Below, piece by piece: positions 1 to 9,315 of a stretch of DNA of 32,000 bases. Origin of the DNA: Candidatus Heimdallarchaeota archaeon B3_Heim (GTDB taxonomy: Archaea; Asgardarchaeota; Heimdallarchaeia; Hodarchaeales; Hodarchaeaceae); the NCBI GenBank assembly GCA_003144275.1, contig NJBF01000032.1:21142-53141 (forward strand), read 5' to 3'. The notes below the pieces were generated by a model, which saw only the letters and a program-made list of their open reading frames with translations, was not told where the DNA came from and made no database searches. The number at the start of each line of letters is the position of its first letter. Position 1 is the stretch's first letter. The position numbers were made by a program, and so were the translations under genes.

Positions 1-483
1 GTAAGGATCGTTCCCACCTAAAGGATCATTTTCCCGATATCCCCAAATCCATTCTTTATTCTCATAACATTTGTCACTTGTAATGTTAAGCATCGTTTTT
101 ACGGAGGGAGTTCGGCGTACAACCTCAAACAGGTTAACCAAACCCATGATATTGGTTTCGTATGTGTACTTAGGATCTTTGTATGATTCTCGCACAATCG
201 GTTGAGAAGCGAGATGAAAAACGTATTCAGGATTGAATTTTTTGAAAACTTCTTCTAGATGTTCCTCATCACGAATATCCCCAATGACGTGGTTCACTTT
301 ATTGCTTAGCTTAGCAGCCTCAAAAATACTTGGTGTTGTATTGGGTTCTAAGGAATAACCTGTAACATCTGCTCCAAGTGCTTTGAGCCACATGACTAAC
401 CAGGATCCTTTGAAACCCGTATGTCCAGTTACAAGAACATTTTTTCCTTGATAATCTAAGTTTTTTCTGTCTACTGTTGACAA
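1..483 (-). CDS. rfbG: CDP-glucose 4,6-dehydratase, 5' part only (runs off the window edge; absent from the supplied ORF track)
   Basis: Manual translation of the minus strand gives YQGKNVLVTGHTGFKGSWL...GYSLEP...FHLASQPIVRESYKDPKYTYETNIMG...ITSDKCYENKEWIWGYRENDPLGGNDPY, the characteristic RfbG motifs. Probable TTG start at 483 with a GAAGTGAT RBS-like sequence upstream. Lies directly downstream of rfbF. Confidence 0.93.
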   Translation of the reverse strand, partial: MSTVDRKNLDYQGKNVLVTGHTGFKGSWLVMWLKALGADVTGYSLEPNTTPSIFEAAKLSNKVNHVIGDIRDEEHLEEVFKKFNPEYVFHLASQPIVRESYKDPKYTYETNIMGLVNLFEVVRRTPSVKTMLNITSDKCYENKEWIWGYRENDPLGGNDPY

Positions 484-526
484 GTAATCACTTCTTTTTA
501 GGGGTCTAACCGTTTCTTATGTCAGG

Positions 527-1339
527 TTATCGAAACTTTTCACCAGGCCAAGGAATATTACCTGTTATTTTACCATCTTCCCAGATATGGTTTAATAACT
601 GATATTCTCTATAAGTATCCATGGGTTGCCAAAATCCATTATGGGGAAACATCATAAGTTCTCCGTCTTTCGCTAATTCACGTAATGGTCCCATTTCGAA
701 ATTTAAATCTTCACCTTCAGGTAGATAATCCCATATTCTTTTCGAATCAAATACAAAGAACCCACCATTAATTCTTCCACCTGTTGTTTGCGGTTTTTCA
801 TTAAACTCCGATATTTGATTATTAGCGGTAACTTCGATTTCACCAAACCGACCACTTGGTCTAACGCCTGTCACAGTCCCAATTTTTTTGTGAATCTTGT
901 GAAAGCGGACTAAATCGTCGATATTGACATCAGACAGACCATCTCCATAGGTTAACATGAAAATATCATCCTTTTCAACGAATTTCCTGATTTTCCGTAC
1001 TCTTGCACCTGTTTGTGCATTTTCTCCAGTTTCTACTAATGTCGTTTGCCAGTCGATTTCGTGATTACTGTCGTTATAATACTTGATATTATTAGGTTTA
1101 TCGATTTGGATTGTAAAATTGTTCGCCATTGCTTTAAAATTTAGAAAATAACTCTTAATCTGCCATCCCAAATATCCTAAACACAATATAAATTCCTTGT
1201 AATTGTAGTAAGCATAGTGATTCATGATATGCCATAATATAGGGAATTTACCAATTTGTACCAGTGGTTTGGGAATCGCATTGTCAGTTACTTCACGAAT
1301 TCTTGTTCCTCTACCGCCACAGAAAATAACTGTTTTCAT
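527..1339 (-). CDS. rfbF: Glucose-1-phosphate cytidylyltransferase
   Basis: CGGRGTRIRE, PKPLVQIG, LCLGYLG, LVETGENAQTGARV, FMLTYGDGLSDV, INGGFFV and GFWQPMDT motifs; adjacent to rfbG. ATG at 1339 preferred over GTG at 1348. Confidence 0.93.
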   Translation of the reverse strand: MKTVIFCGGRGTRIREVTDNAIPKPLVQIGKFPILWHIMNHYAYYNYKEFILCLGYLGWQIKSYFLNFKAMANNFTIQIDKPNNIKYYNDSNHEIDWQTTLVETGENAQTGARVRKIRKFVEKDDIFMLTYGDGLSDVNIDDLVRFHKIHKKIGTVTGVRPSGRFGEIEVTANNQISEFNEKPQTTGGRINGGFFVFDSKRIWDYLPEGEDLNFEMGPLRELAKDGELMMFPHNGFWQPMDTYREYQLLNHIWEDGKITGNIPWPGEKFR

Positions 1340-1606
1340 AAATAACACATTCTTTCGTGAAACTTTACCTTATACTTTGATAACTAAGTTTATTTCATTT
1401 TTACATGTTAAAGGTAGAATTTTTAATATCTCCTTTCAAAAACCAGTCTTCATAAAGCACGATAATTCTTTAGTAAACTTGAAGAATTGGAATATAATAC
1501 TTTACAAAACGGAATTTACTTCTAGTAAGGTAATCACAAGTAGATTTTTGATAGAGAAATGAAATAATTGAATTTTTTCTCACAAAACAGAAATAAGGTT
1601 GGTTAA

Positions 1607-2587
1607 ATGAAAAAGATCGATTTAGAAGCAATTTCAAAGAAAAAAATCTTGATTACTGGAGGAATTGGATTTGTCGGGACGAATCTGGTAATTAAATTAC
1701 TTTCAAACAGAATTAAACCGGCGATACTAGATTTTCTATCTAATGGGAACGAATTTGATCAGAATTTTATTCCATTCAAAAAGGATGAGGTTGAATTTTA
1801 TAATAAGGATATTAGAAATCGTGAGGAAATTCTTCATGCAGTCGAACAGGTGAATCCTGACTATATTATCCATTTAGCATCAATGACTAACCTAACAAGA
1901 GATTTTCACCATGCTCATCAATCTGTTGACATTAATATTAGGGGTACATTGAATCTCTTGGAGGCTACAAATTCACAGAAAATCGATAAATTTGTTTTCT
2001 TAAGTTCCAGTGATGTTTATGGTGGTGTAGCTCCTCCTTTCCAAGAGACTCAGAATGTTGTTCCAGCATCACCGTATTCTGTGTCAAAAGTTGCATCTGA
2101 ATTATATTCTCTTATGTTTAGTAAAGTCTATGATCTTCCCGTTGTCGTTCTTAGAGGATTTAATGTATTTGGAAAATATCAACAACCAAATAGAGTCATC
2201 CCGTATATAATAACTGAACTATTAAATGGTAGAGAGGTTAAGTTGACTGAAGGAGAGCAAAAGCGAGAATTTAATTATATCGATAACTTAATTGATGCTA
2301 TTTTGCTTGCACTAGCTAATTCTGAAATTCATGGGGAAATTATCAATATTGGATATGGAGAATCTGTAAAAGTTCGTGATATTGCTCTCAAAATAGGCGG
2401 AAAGCTTGAATCAATAGATAAACTTAAATTTGGTGCCATATCCTATAGACCAAATGAAATCTGGGACATGTACTGTGATAATAACAAAGCTAAACGCTTA
2501 TTAGGATGGGAACCACGAATAAGCTTGGAAAAAGGCCTAAATAGCACTATTGATTGGTTTAAGTCACAGTATTCCGGAAAAAGATGA
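1607..2587 (+). CDS. NAD-dependent epimerase/dehydratase (extended SDR), probably acting on an NDP-sugar
   Basis: TGGIGFVG Rossmann motif, HLAS, SSSDVYG, YSVSK (YxxxK), FNVFG, REFNYIDN, LLGWEP. Divergent from rfbF. Confidence 0.88.
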   Translation: MKKIDLEAISKKKILITGGIGFVGTNLVIKLLSNRIKPAILDFLSNGNEFDQNFIPFKKDEVEFYNKDIRNREEILHAVEQVNPDYIIHLASMTNLTRDFHHAHQSVDINIRGTLNLLEATNSQKIDKFVFLSSSDVYGGVAPPFQETQNVVPASPYSVSKVASELYSLMFSKVYDLPVVVLRGFNVFGKYQQPNRVIPYIITELLNGREVKLTEGEQKREFNYIDNLIDAILLALANSEIHGEIINIGYGESVKVRDIALKIGGKLESIDKLKFGAISYRPNEIWDMYCDNNKAKRLLGWEPRISLEKGLNSTIDWFKSQYSGKR

Positions 2588-2753
2588 GTATTTTAATTGT
2601 CAACGTATTAAGGGAAAATGCTTTATAAGATACTCATTGGCTGTTCTAATCAGTCTAAACAATTCCTTCTATCAATCTTAGCTATAACGATGCAACTTTA
2701 TCCTTTTAACGTTGTTAGGAAATTAAATGCAATCTTAGGCGGTGGAAACCAAG

Positions 2754-3500
2754 ATGACACACAAAAAGAAGCTTGCTGTAAAGTTGATTGTCACATGTTT
2801 AAATGAAGAAGGAAATGTTCAGGAATTCATACATGAATTGATGGAAAACATATCAACTGAAGTTGAACTCGCAATATTACTGATTGATAATGGATCCTTA
2901 GACAATACTGGAGCAATAATTTCTTCCTTAGCTCAGAAATACTCATCGATCACTCCAATTCATCGTAAAAATACTTTCGAATATGGAAAATCCATATTAG
3001 AAGCTCTTAAGATCCCTACTGATTTTGTTCCCGATTATATTGGTTGGGCTCCATCTGATAACCAAATCAGTGGAAAAGATGTGAATAAAACAATTAACAC
3101 ACTCATTTCAAGTTCATTGGACTTCATCAAAGTTGAAAGATATGAGAGAAATTATTCCATGTGGCGTAGAATTCAATCTTTCGGATTCAACGCTATAGTA
3201 TCACTCCTATTTCTTAAAAGGATAAAGGACATAAATGGGTCTCCAAAATTCTTCCATGTTGACCTCCTACCGAAACTTGATTTACAGAACGAAGGTTGGT
3301 TTCTTGATGGGGAGGCATTTCTAAAAGCTCTCAAATTAGTGAGTAAAAGAAAAATGTCTTCAATTTCTGTAAAATTTAATGAAAGGACACATGGAAGATC
3401 AAATACAAGTTGGATTACAGCATTTGAACTTTTAGTGAAGGTAGTAGTCTTTCGTTTTTGGGGGATAAGAAAATGGGCCAAAAAAAGTAAATCAAACTGA
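2754..3500 (+). CDS. Glycosyltransferase family 2, polyprenol-phosphate-sugar synthase (DPM1-like)
   Basis: CLNEEGNV, IDNGSLDNT, YGKSILEAL, WAPSDNQ (DxD-equivalent), DINGSPKFF, WFLDGE, ERTHGRS. GGCGGTGG RBS-like sequence 8 nt before ATG 2754. Confidence 0.82.
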   Translation: MTHKKKLAVKLIVTCLNEEGNVQEFIHELMENISTEVELAILLIDNGSLDNTGAIISSLAQKYSSITPIHRKNTFEYGKSILEALKIPTDFVPDYIGWAPSDNQISGKDVNKTINTLISSSLDFIKVERYERNYSMWRRIQSFGFNAIVSLLFLKRIKDINGSPKFFHVDLLPKLDLQNEGWFLDGEAFLKALKLVSKRKMSSISVKFNERTHGRSNTSWITAFELLVKVVVFRFWGIRKWAKKSKSN

Positions 3501-3576
3501 AAAACCGGATCTCATAGAAAGTAGATTACCAAATCCAATCCAATTCATTCGGAGGATTTGACGATAATGTTTATCT

Positions 3577-4938
3577 TCAAATGAGCCACAAAGACCAATG
3601 GGTGAATGACCATAACACCTTAAAGCTATAAAGAAGGAAGAAGCTGAGGATAAGCAAAAAGATTTTAGGAGAATTGGATAATTCATCTGTTAAGACAACG
3701 TGAGGATGAAAAACCGATCCGATATACCGCACAATTGACCAACCTGCTGCTGAATAACTTGCATATAGAATAACTTGCCCAATTATTGATAATGAAAGGC
3801 TGGGCCACTTTCTAAGAGGAAAAAAACCAATGATTGCTATTAAAAATACAAACGAGTATTTTTCTAATGTCCATCGAATATCTCCCCCGCCAAGCATCTC
3901 GAAAAACCCTGAAAAAAATCCATCAAAATCGGCTCCCCAAAACATCTTTCGTAAATCTCCTAGAGGAAGAGGAGCAGTTGCATCTATATGAAGAAGCCAT
4001 AACAATGGGAAGATTCCCCAAATTAAAACCCAACTCAGTTCTGTATTCAAAAAATCAAGAATTTGATGTGGTTCCTCAGGGCTTTTAATTTTTTCTGCGT
4101 AAGTGAGGGAAAGTTGTTTTCTAAATGAAAGTACTCGTTTTCGGATAATAATAGTAGTTTTAATCAAGATAATGACTGGGAAAAATGGAATAGCGAGCAA
4201 AGAACCAGCAAATAGTCTTTCATCCCTTTCTCTAATGCATCGTCCGAGATAAATTGCTGCATAAAGAAAGAAGAAAAGTGCTCCTTCGTATCGAGCAAAA
4301 GTAGAAATTGCTAAAAAGAGACCTGCAAGTGGATAACGTTGTTTTTCAAAGAAATACCATGATAAAATGACAAAAGTTAAGTAAATCGGTTCAGAATAGG
4401 CTACTGTAGAAAATACGAACACAGGTGGAAAAAAAGCAAAGAACAGAGTTGCATAAATAGATTTTATCTCATCTAAATAATGTCTAGCCATCAAATAAAA
4501 GGCCATTACTGAAGTTACCGAGAAAATATTTGTGATAATGACAGCTGAGACAGTATAATGAAGCTCAATCGGAGATATTTGTACAAGTATATTAATTAAG
4601 AAAGGATATAGTGGAGGAAATACCCAAGCACGGTAATCGGTGGAAGAATTTATAGGGGCATAACCATTTTCCGCCATAGGAATATAGATATTACTATCCC
4701 AGCGAGTTCCAAGTAAATCAAAGAATTCTATCCCAGAATGAAATCTTGGGTAATTATTGTCCCAAACTGTTTCTCCAAGGAGGTTAAAAAGCTCTATAAA
4801 TATAAAAAGCATAGTAAATTTAATACAAATGAATAAAATCATTGTAGTCAGAAAAGAATGCTCTCTAATCCAATTTTTGAACTCCTGTTCTTTCGCTTTG
4901 AACGTATCTATCCAAATGCTTATTTCGAACCCCATCAT
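3577..4938 (-). CDS. Polytopic GT-C glycosyltransferase, PIG-V / mannosyltransferase-2-like
   Basis: RWDSNIYIPMAENGY, VFPPLYP, ITNIF, FFPPVFVFSTVAYSEPIY and ARYEG motifs, with many hydrophobic segments. Confidence 0.75.
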   Translation of the reverse strand: MMGFEISIWIDTFKAKEQEFKNWIREHSFLTTMILFICIKFTMLFIFIELFNLLGETVWDNNYPRFHSGIEFFDLLGTRWDSNIYIPMAENGYAPINSSTDYRAWVFPPLYPFLINILVQISPIELHYTVSAVIITNIFSVTSVMAFYLMARHYLDEIKSIYATLFFAFFPPVFVFSTVAYSEPIYLTFVILSWYFFEKQRYPLAGLFLAISTFARYEGALFFFLYAAIYLGRCIRERDERLFAGSLLAIPFFPVIILIKTTIIIRKRVLSFRKQLSLTYAEKIKSPEEPHQILDFLNTELSWVLIWGIFPLLWLLHIDATAPLPLGDLRKMFWGADFDGFFSGFFEMLGGGDIRWTLEKYSFVFLIAIIGFFPLRKWPSLSLSIIGQVILYASYSAAGWSIVRYIGSVFHPHVVLTDELSNSPKIFLLILSFFLLYSFKVLWSFTHWSLWLI

Positions 4939-5214
4939 TCAACGAAATCTTCGAAAGTTCAAACCAATATTTAGGAATTATCATTAACCGAGGGATTCTG
5001 CAAAGTTGAGGAATCATCGAGAAAAATCGTTTTAGAACTTCGAATTTGTGTACCCATTTAGCATTGTTTATGTAATGGATTAGCTTATATCATTCTGATT
5101 ATTGCGTTTTATTGAATAAACAGTGTGAGTTCATAAATGAAACATCAAGAAGATTGTGAAAAGGGACGCAAAACAAGTAAATCTGAAAACTAAATAACTT
5201 AGGAGAGAAATAAC

Positions 5215-6432
5215 ATGGGTCAATTAAAACTACTAACAAAATCCATTGTCTTTAGCACACGCTCCCGCAGACGATTCTTTACATTTGTAGCAGTATTTGC
5301 TATACTCAGTGGAGCAACAATCATACTTATCAATTATTTTGATGGTTTTTCACGACAAGAATTATTGGATCAAAGAGGGATCGTATTAAAAGCATCGGCG
5401 TTCGGTACACCTTCTCCATTGTCGTTATTTGAAGCTGAAAGCAATAGCCCAGTTGGAATTGGAATAAATGATGGTCAGACTCTAGCGGGAGCCTCAAAAG
5501 TAATATTCTATAAGTATGTCGACTTTGGATCAACATTACGAATTTTCAGTATGAATCCAAGTTATCCATGGGCATTTTCAGATTTAAAACCAAGCAATCT
5601 TGCGAAAGGACATTTCCCTTATAGTACTCATCAAGTTTTAGTCTCTGAAGATATAACGATGACTTTAGCTGATGCAGAGGGAGGAAATCAAATCTATACG
5701 AAACCAGGTTTGGGGACCTTATTTACGCTTGGAACTGCTATTACTGACCCGTTCGAATTAAAAATTTCAGGGATATTTAAAAAACCCGCAGTTGCAGAAG
5801 CTGATTCTCGTGAATGGATATTTTTAACTGAAAAAGCTTTTACGACTCTCATTGATGAGTCCCATCTAGATTTTACCGAAAATGAAATTTATATACATTC
5901 TATCACAGTTATTGCGGGAGGAGATGTTTTTCTCGGTGGAACTTATACAGAAGTAGATCGACTTGCTGCTGAATTAAGGCCTTTGAGCCAAGGAGGAAGT
6001 GCCAATTTCAATGAACCCCTATTTACACCAAAATCCGAGAAAAATGAATTGCGTAACATGATGTTCTTATCATTAATATTTGGTCTCTTTGGAACGTTTG
6101 TGGTAAGTACATTGTATTCCTATTTAATCACCCGCTTCCGTAGAAGAGAAGTTGCAGTACTGAAGGCAATGGGTTATTCAAAATGGAGCGTACGAATCGT
6201 CGTGCTAAGCGAAATACTCGTGGTGGCGATCACTGGCTTTGCTTTTGGATTATTAGGTATTCAAGCATTTCTCTATCTTACAAGATCAAGTGCTTATGTT
6301 TTTAATATTGTTTTCAGTTCCACAGCCCTCTTATCATTTCTTGCAGTAGTCCTCTCAAGTGTCCCAGGCTTTATTCTTATAACTACACGAATTTTAGGTG
6401 TACGTCCAATTGAAATTTTCCGACAAAAGTGA
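5215..6432 (+). CDS. ABC transporter permease, FtsX/MacB/LolE type
   Basis: N-terminal TM, large extracytoplasmic loop, RRREVAVLKAMGYS motif, three C-terminal TMs, and a P-I-E-I-F-R tail. Confidence 0.88.
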   Translation: MGQLKLLTKSIVFSTRSRRRFFTFVAVFAILSGATIILINYFDGFSRQELLDQRGIVLKASAFGTPSPLSLFEAESNSPVGIGINDGQTLAGASKVIFYKYVDFGSTLRIFSMNPSYPWAFSDLKPSNLAKGHFPYSTHQVLVSEDITMTLADAEGGNQIYTKPGLGTLFTLGTAITDPFELKISGIFKKPAVAEADSREWIFLTEKAFTTLIDESHLDFTENEIYIHSITVIAGGDVFLGGTYTEVDRLAAELRPLSQGGSANFNEPLFTPKSEKNELRNMMFLSLIFGLFGTFVVSTLYSYLITRFRRREVAVLKAMGYSKWSVRIVVLSEILVVAITGFAFGLLGIQAFLYLTRSSAYVFNIVFSSTALLSFLAVVLSSVPGFILITTRILGVRPIEIFRQK

Positions 6433-6444
6433 TGAGGTATTAAA

Positions 6445-7122
6445 ATGAGTTCCAACACATTAATCGAAGCCAAAAATCTAACAAAGGAATATATTAGAGG
6501 AAGGAAAGAGGTAGTTGTCGCGGTTAACGATGTCGATCTTGAAATACCTCGCGGAAAATTAATCATGGTTACTGGACCCTCTGGATCCGGAAAATCCACA
6601 CTGTTGAACGTGTTATCAGGTCTAGATAAACCTACCGAAGGAAAAATCATCTTTAGCGATGAGGACATTTCAGGGTGGGAAGAAGAAAGGCTCTCGAAAT
6701 TCCGACAAGAAAATATAGGTTTTATATTTCAAAATTGGGAATTGATACGGACACTGACAGCTTTAGAAAATATTGAAAGTCCCCTGTATCCCTTAAAGAT
6801 CAAAAGTAAAGAAATCCGAACACGAGCAATCTCTCTGCTAAAACAAGTTGGCTTATGGGATAAAGTCGATAATTATCCCGATGAACTTTCAGGGGGAGAA
6901 CAACAGCGTATTGGAATCGCTAGAGCATTAGTCGGAAAACCAAAGATTATTTTTGCAGATGAACCAACAGGAAATCTTGATGTAGATAATGCTGGGTCAG
7001 TTATGCGATTACTGAAAAGTTTTACAAAACGGGATACTGCAATTCTTGTAGTCTCCCATAATGAGGAACTGAAAAAGTACTCAGACAAAGCTTTTCGAAT
7101 GTCCAATGGACGGTTCATCTAA
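6445..7122 (+). CDS. ABC ATP-binding protein, LolD/MacB type
   Basis: Walker A GPSGSGKST, signature LSGGEQQR, Walker B IFADEPTGNLD, H-loop VSH. Confidence 0.93.
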   Translation: MSSNTLIEAKNLTKEYIRGRKEVVVAVNDVDLEIPRGKLIMVTGPSGSGKSTLLNVLSGLDKPTEGKIIFSDEDISGWEEERLSKFRQENIGFIFQNWELIRTLTALENIESPLYPLKIKSKEIRTRAISLLKQVGLWDKVDNYPDELSGGEQQRIGIARALVGKPKIIFADEPTGNLDVDNAGSVMRLLKSFTKRDTAILVVSHNEELKKYSDKAFRMSNGRFI

Positions 7123-7132
7123 TGAAGAATAT

Positions 7133-7151
7133 ACCCCCTATCTCAGGGGGT
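7133..7151. terminator. 7-bp hairpin between convergent genes
   Basis: ACCCCCT-ATCTC-AGGGGGT lies between the stops at 7122 (+) and 7164 (-). Confidence 0.45.
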
Positions 7152-7163
7152 TATGTTAATGAT

Positions 7164-7961
7164 TTACTTAAAACCTTCTAATAGCGCAGTGGCTAGATTA
7201 TCGATGTGTTTAGAGAAAGGATGATCAGGATGTTTCAGGCTAAAGATATTTCTTGAACCTTCACGGGCCACCTCACAAAAACAAGGAATAGAGGTAAGAA
7301 CTTCCATACGCATTTCATTTTTAATCGTATTTTCAAATTTCTTTACCTGTTCCAGATCCGTACTACTCCAGACACCTTCTTCGGGAGGGCAGGATTCAGC
7401 TACAACACGATTTAAAACAACGTAATTAATACTATCAAGCAAAGAGTAAAGCTGAGTAACCATACTTTTTGTACCAGATATATCAAAATCATCAGCTTTC
7501 AATACAAGACAGGTGGCATCGCTAATAACTAATCCATCAATACTCTCCATTTGAACACCAGGAGAAGTGTCGATAATCGTAAAATCGAAGTTTGCATCAC
7601 TTAATTCGTCACGAAGTTTCAGAATACGTTTCAGGGAACGTTGACGCTGTTTTTTGTCTGCCCGTACAATTTCCCCCATTTTACGGAAGTCTGTCGAAGC
7701 AAAAGCTGCAAATAATGGGATTTGATATTCTTCCTCAAAAGAAACCAAGATGTCTTCGCTACTCAAATCAGGGTCAAACAGGAGATCATTGATAGTCGTC
7801 TTCGTTTCAACCCCACACAATGTTTGAAGGTTTGGTCCTCGAAAATCAAGATCTAGAATGCACGTTTTGTAACCACGCCGTGCTAATGCAGTGGCAAGGT
7901 TTGCACTAAGATGTGTTTTTCCCGTTCCGCCTTTATATGAATGAAATGCAACAATCTTCAT
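7164..7961 (-). CDS. MinD/ParA-family P-loop ATPase
   Basis: Deviant Walker A SYKGGTGKT, LDLDFRGPNL, IIDTSPG, VVLNRV. Confidence 0.9.
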   Translation of the reverse strand: MKIVAFHSYKGGTGKTHLSANLATALARRGYKTCILDLDFRGPNLQTLCGVETKTTINDLLFDPDLSSEDILVSFEEEYQIPLFAAFASTDFRKMGEIVRADKKQRQRSLKRILKLRDELSDANFDFTIIDTSPGVQMESIDGLVISDATCLVLKADDFDISGTKSMVTQLYSLLDSINYVVLNRVVAESCPPEEGVWSSTDLEQVKKFENTIKNEMRMEVLTSIPCFCEVAREGSRNIFSLKHPDHPFSKHIDNLATALLEGFK

Positions 7962-7983
7962 GCTTATCAGCTCTGTTTCTACC

Positions 7984-7998
7984 TATATATTATTCTTG
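7984..7998 (-). promoter_or_regulatory. Putative BRE/TATA box for the MinD/ParA gene
   Basis: The minus strand reads CAAGAATAATATATA, ending about 23 nt before ATG 7961, a spacing compatible with a leaderless transcript. Confidence 0.4.
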
Positions 7999-8023
7999 TC
8001 TTAATTCGTGTGAATTCAAAAGA

Positions 8024-8632
8024 TTATTTCAACTCAGAAGCATCCCGAACAGCCTGACGCCGTCTCTGAATGTAATCTTCTGGTGAGTTGGAGTTGTTAG
8101 TAGAGTAAGTAGTTATGTCTTTCCATGGTTCGCTAGATTTGATAAAAAAGACAACTCGTTTTCGGTTCTCAGGATCAGGTCTTTTCCGTAAATGTCCCAT
8201 ATCCCATAATTGATTAAGATAATCGCTTTCAAGGGGACGACTTTTACCCGTTTCATGGGAAACTTCTAATGCAGTCGCTCCAATTTCTTTTGTTAACATA
8301 ACTTTGTATGTTCTTCGTAAATGACTGGGGATATTCGTTAATATGTCTAGACCTGTAGAAATGAGTTCTGGTTCCTTTTCTTCCACGATGAAATCTTCAG
8401 TTAAGGACTCTAATCGTCTAAAATTGTTTTGAGTCAGGACCTTAATGTCGCGAATTTCCTTTTCTATTTCCATAAAGGAATTTCGAACATTCTGGGCAAT
8501 AACCTTCATTTCACTACGAACATCTTTAAAATTCTCTTGAAGAAATATACGAAAATCATCGTTAAGAGAGATTTTCACATCAGCTGAGGGTTTCTTGGAT
8601 AAAATTTTCTTTGCAGTGTCTTGTGACTTCAT
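8024..8632 (-). CDS. Coiled-coil + C-terminal winged-helix DNA-binding protein
   Basis: Heptad-like helix (FKDVRSEMKVIAQNVRNSFMEIEKEIRDIKVL), then a wHTH (TALEVSHETGKSRPLESDYLNQLWDMGHLRK...VVFFI). Confidence 0.7.
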   Translation of the reverse strand: MKSQDTAKKILSKKPSADVKISLNDDFRIFLQENFKDVRSEMKVIAQNVRNSFMEIEKEIRDIKVLTQNNFRRLESLTEDFIVEEKEPELISTGLDILTNIPSHLRRTYKVMLTKEIGATALEVSHETGKSRPLESDYLNQLWDMGHLRKRPDPENRKRVVFFIKSSEPWKDITTYSTNNSNSPEDYIQRRRQAVRDASELK

Positions 8633-8847
8633 AATGAAACCCGAATGAAATTTACTACGGTTTATCGCGAACTATTTTGGTATATGAATAACCTTTCAAT
8701 GAATATTTGATAATTTATACATACAAACAAAATACATGCCTTCTTAAGAACTATTCGGTTTTTCAGTAAAGAAAGAAAGAGAGGAAGAAGCAAGATAATG
8801 GGAAAACAGTAAGATTTTGCCTGATCCAATCTATATTCAAGTATCAC

Positions 8848-9114
8848 TTAATTAATTGCGTAAAAGTGAGTGCGTAAGTCGTGTAAGTCGGGTACTCTCT
8901 TGATTTGCCCTGCATCAACAAGTATTTTCAATCCATAGCGAATGGTTCTATGAGATAATGAGGTGTACAGCCCAATTTCACGGGGTTTAAGAGCGCCATT
9001 CGTCTGTAGAAGTTGATATATTTCCCGTGCCGACTTGGGTAATTTTGTTACTCTTTCGTCTATTCCCCCTAAGTTTAAATCGCTTACATTGGTTTTAGAT
9101 TCAATTGCTGCCAT
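8848..9114 (-). CDS. Small stand-alone winged-helix DNA-binding protein
   Basis: LPKSAREIYQLL...GALKPREIGLYTSLSHRTIRYGLKILVDAGQI matches small archaeal wHTH proteins. ATG 9114 preferred over TTG 9135. Confidence 0.78.
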   Translation of the reverse strand: MAAIESKTNVSDLNLGGIDERVTKLPKSAREIYQLLQTNGALKPREIGLYTSLSHRTIRYGLKILVDAGQIKRVPDLHDLRTHFYAIN

Positions 9115-9155
9115 TTGGGTCACTACCTTTGTCAATCACCTGTTTCTGACAGATT

Positions 9156-9199
9156 GTCAACACGTAATCAACATTTCATCATCAACACATCAACACTTT
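9156..9199. repeat. Four 11-bp-phased direct repeats (core RTCAWCA)
   Basis: GTCAACACGTA (9156), ATCAACATTTC (9167), ATCATCAACAC (9178), ATCAACACTTT (9189). Confidence 0.6.
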
Positions 9200-9315
9200 T
9201 AAGTATTACCCTAAATGCAAATATTTCCTTGATACCACGAAAAATTCTTTTTAAGCAGAATAGAAGTAATAGTTTGAAATTTGAACTTATATGGGTTAAC
9301 ATTTTATCGACAACT

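Noticed and set aside
1224-1562. 112-aa plus-strand ORF and other short ORFs overlapping assigned genes (e.g. 2618-2806, 3173-3481, 3834-4088, 6294-6668, 13021-13344, 17445-17771, 18379-18927, 28930-29379)
   Set aside because: Antisense or alternate-frame shadows of well-supported genes, with no motifs.
5215-7122. Specific ftsEX or lolCDE assignment
   Set aside because: Generic MacB/FtsX-type ABC pair; motifs cannot resolve the substrate or role.
8662-8847. 61-aa minus-strand ORF between the two wHTH genes
   Set aside because: Non-ATG start; its hydrophobic stretch arises from a pyrimidine tract more likely to be a terminator.
9156-9199. Mini CRISPR array
   Set aside because: Units are 11 bp and contiguous, with no spacers and no cas genes.
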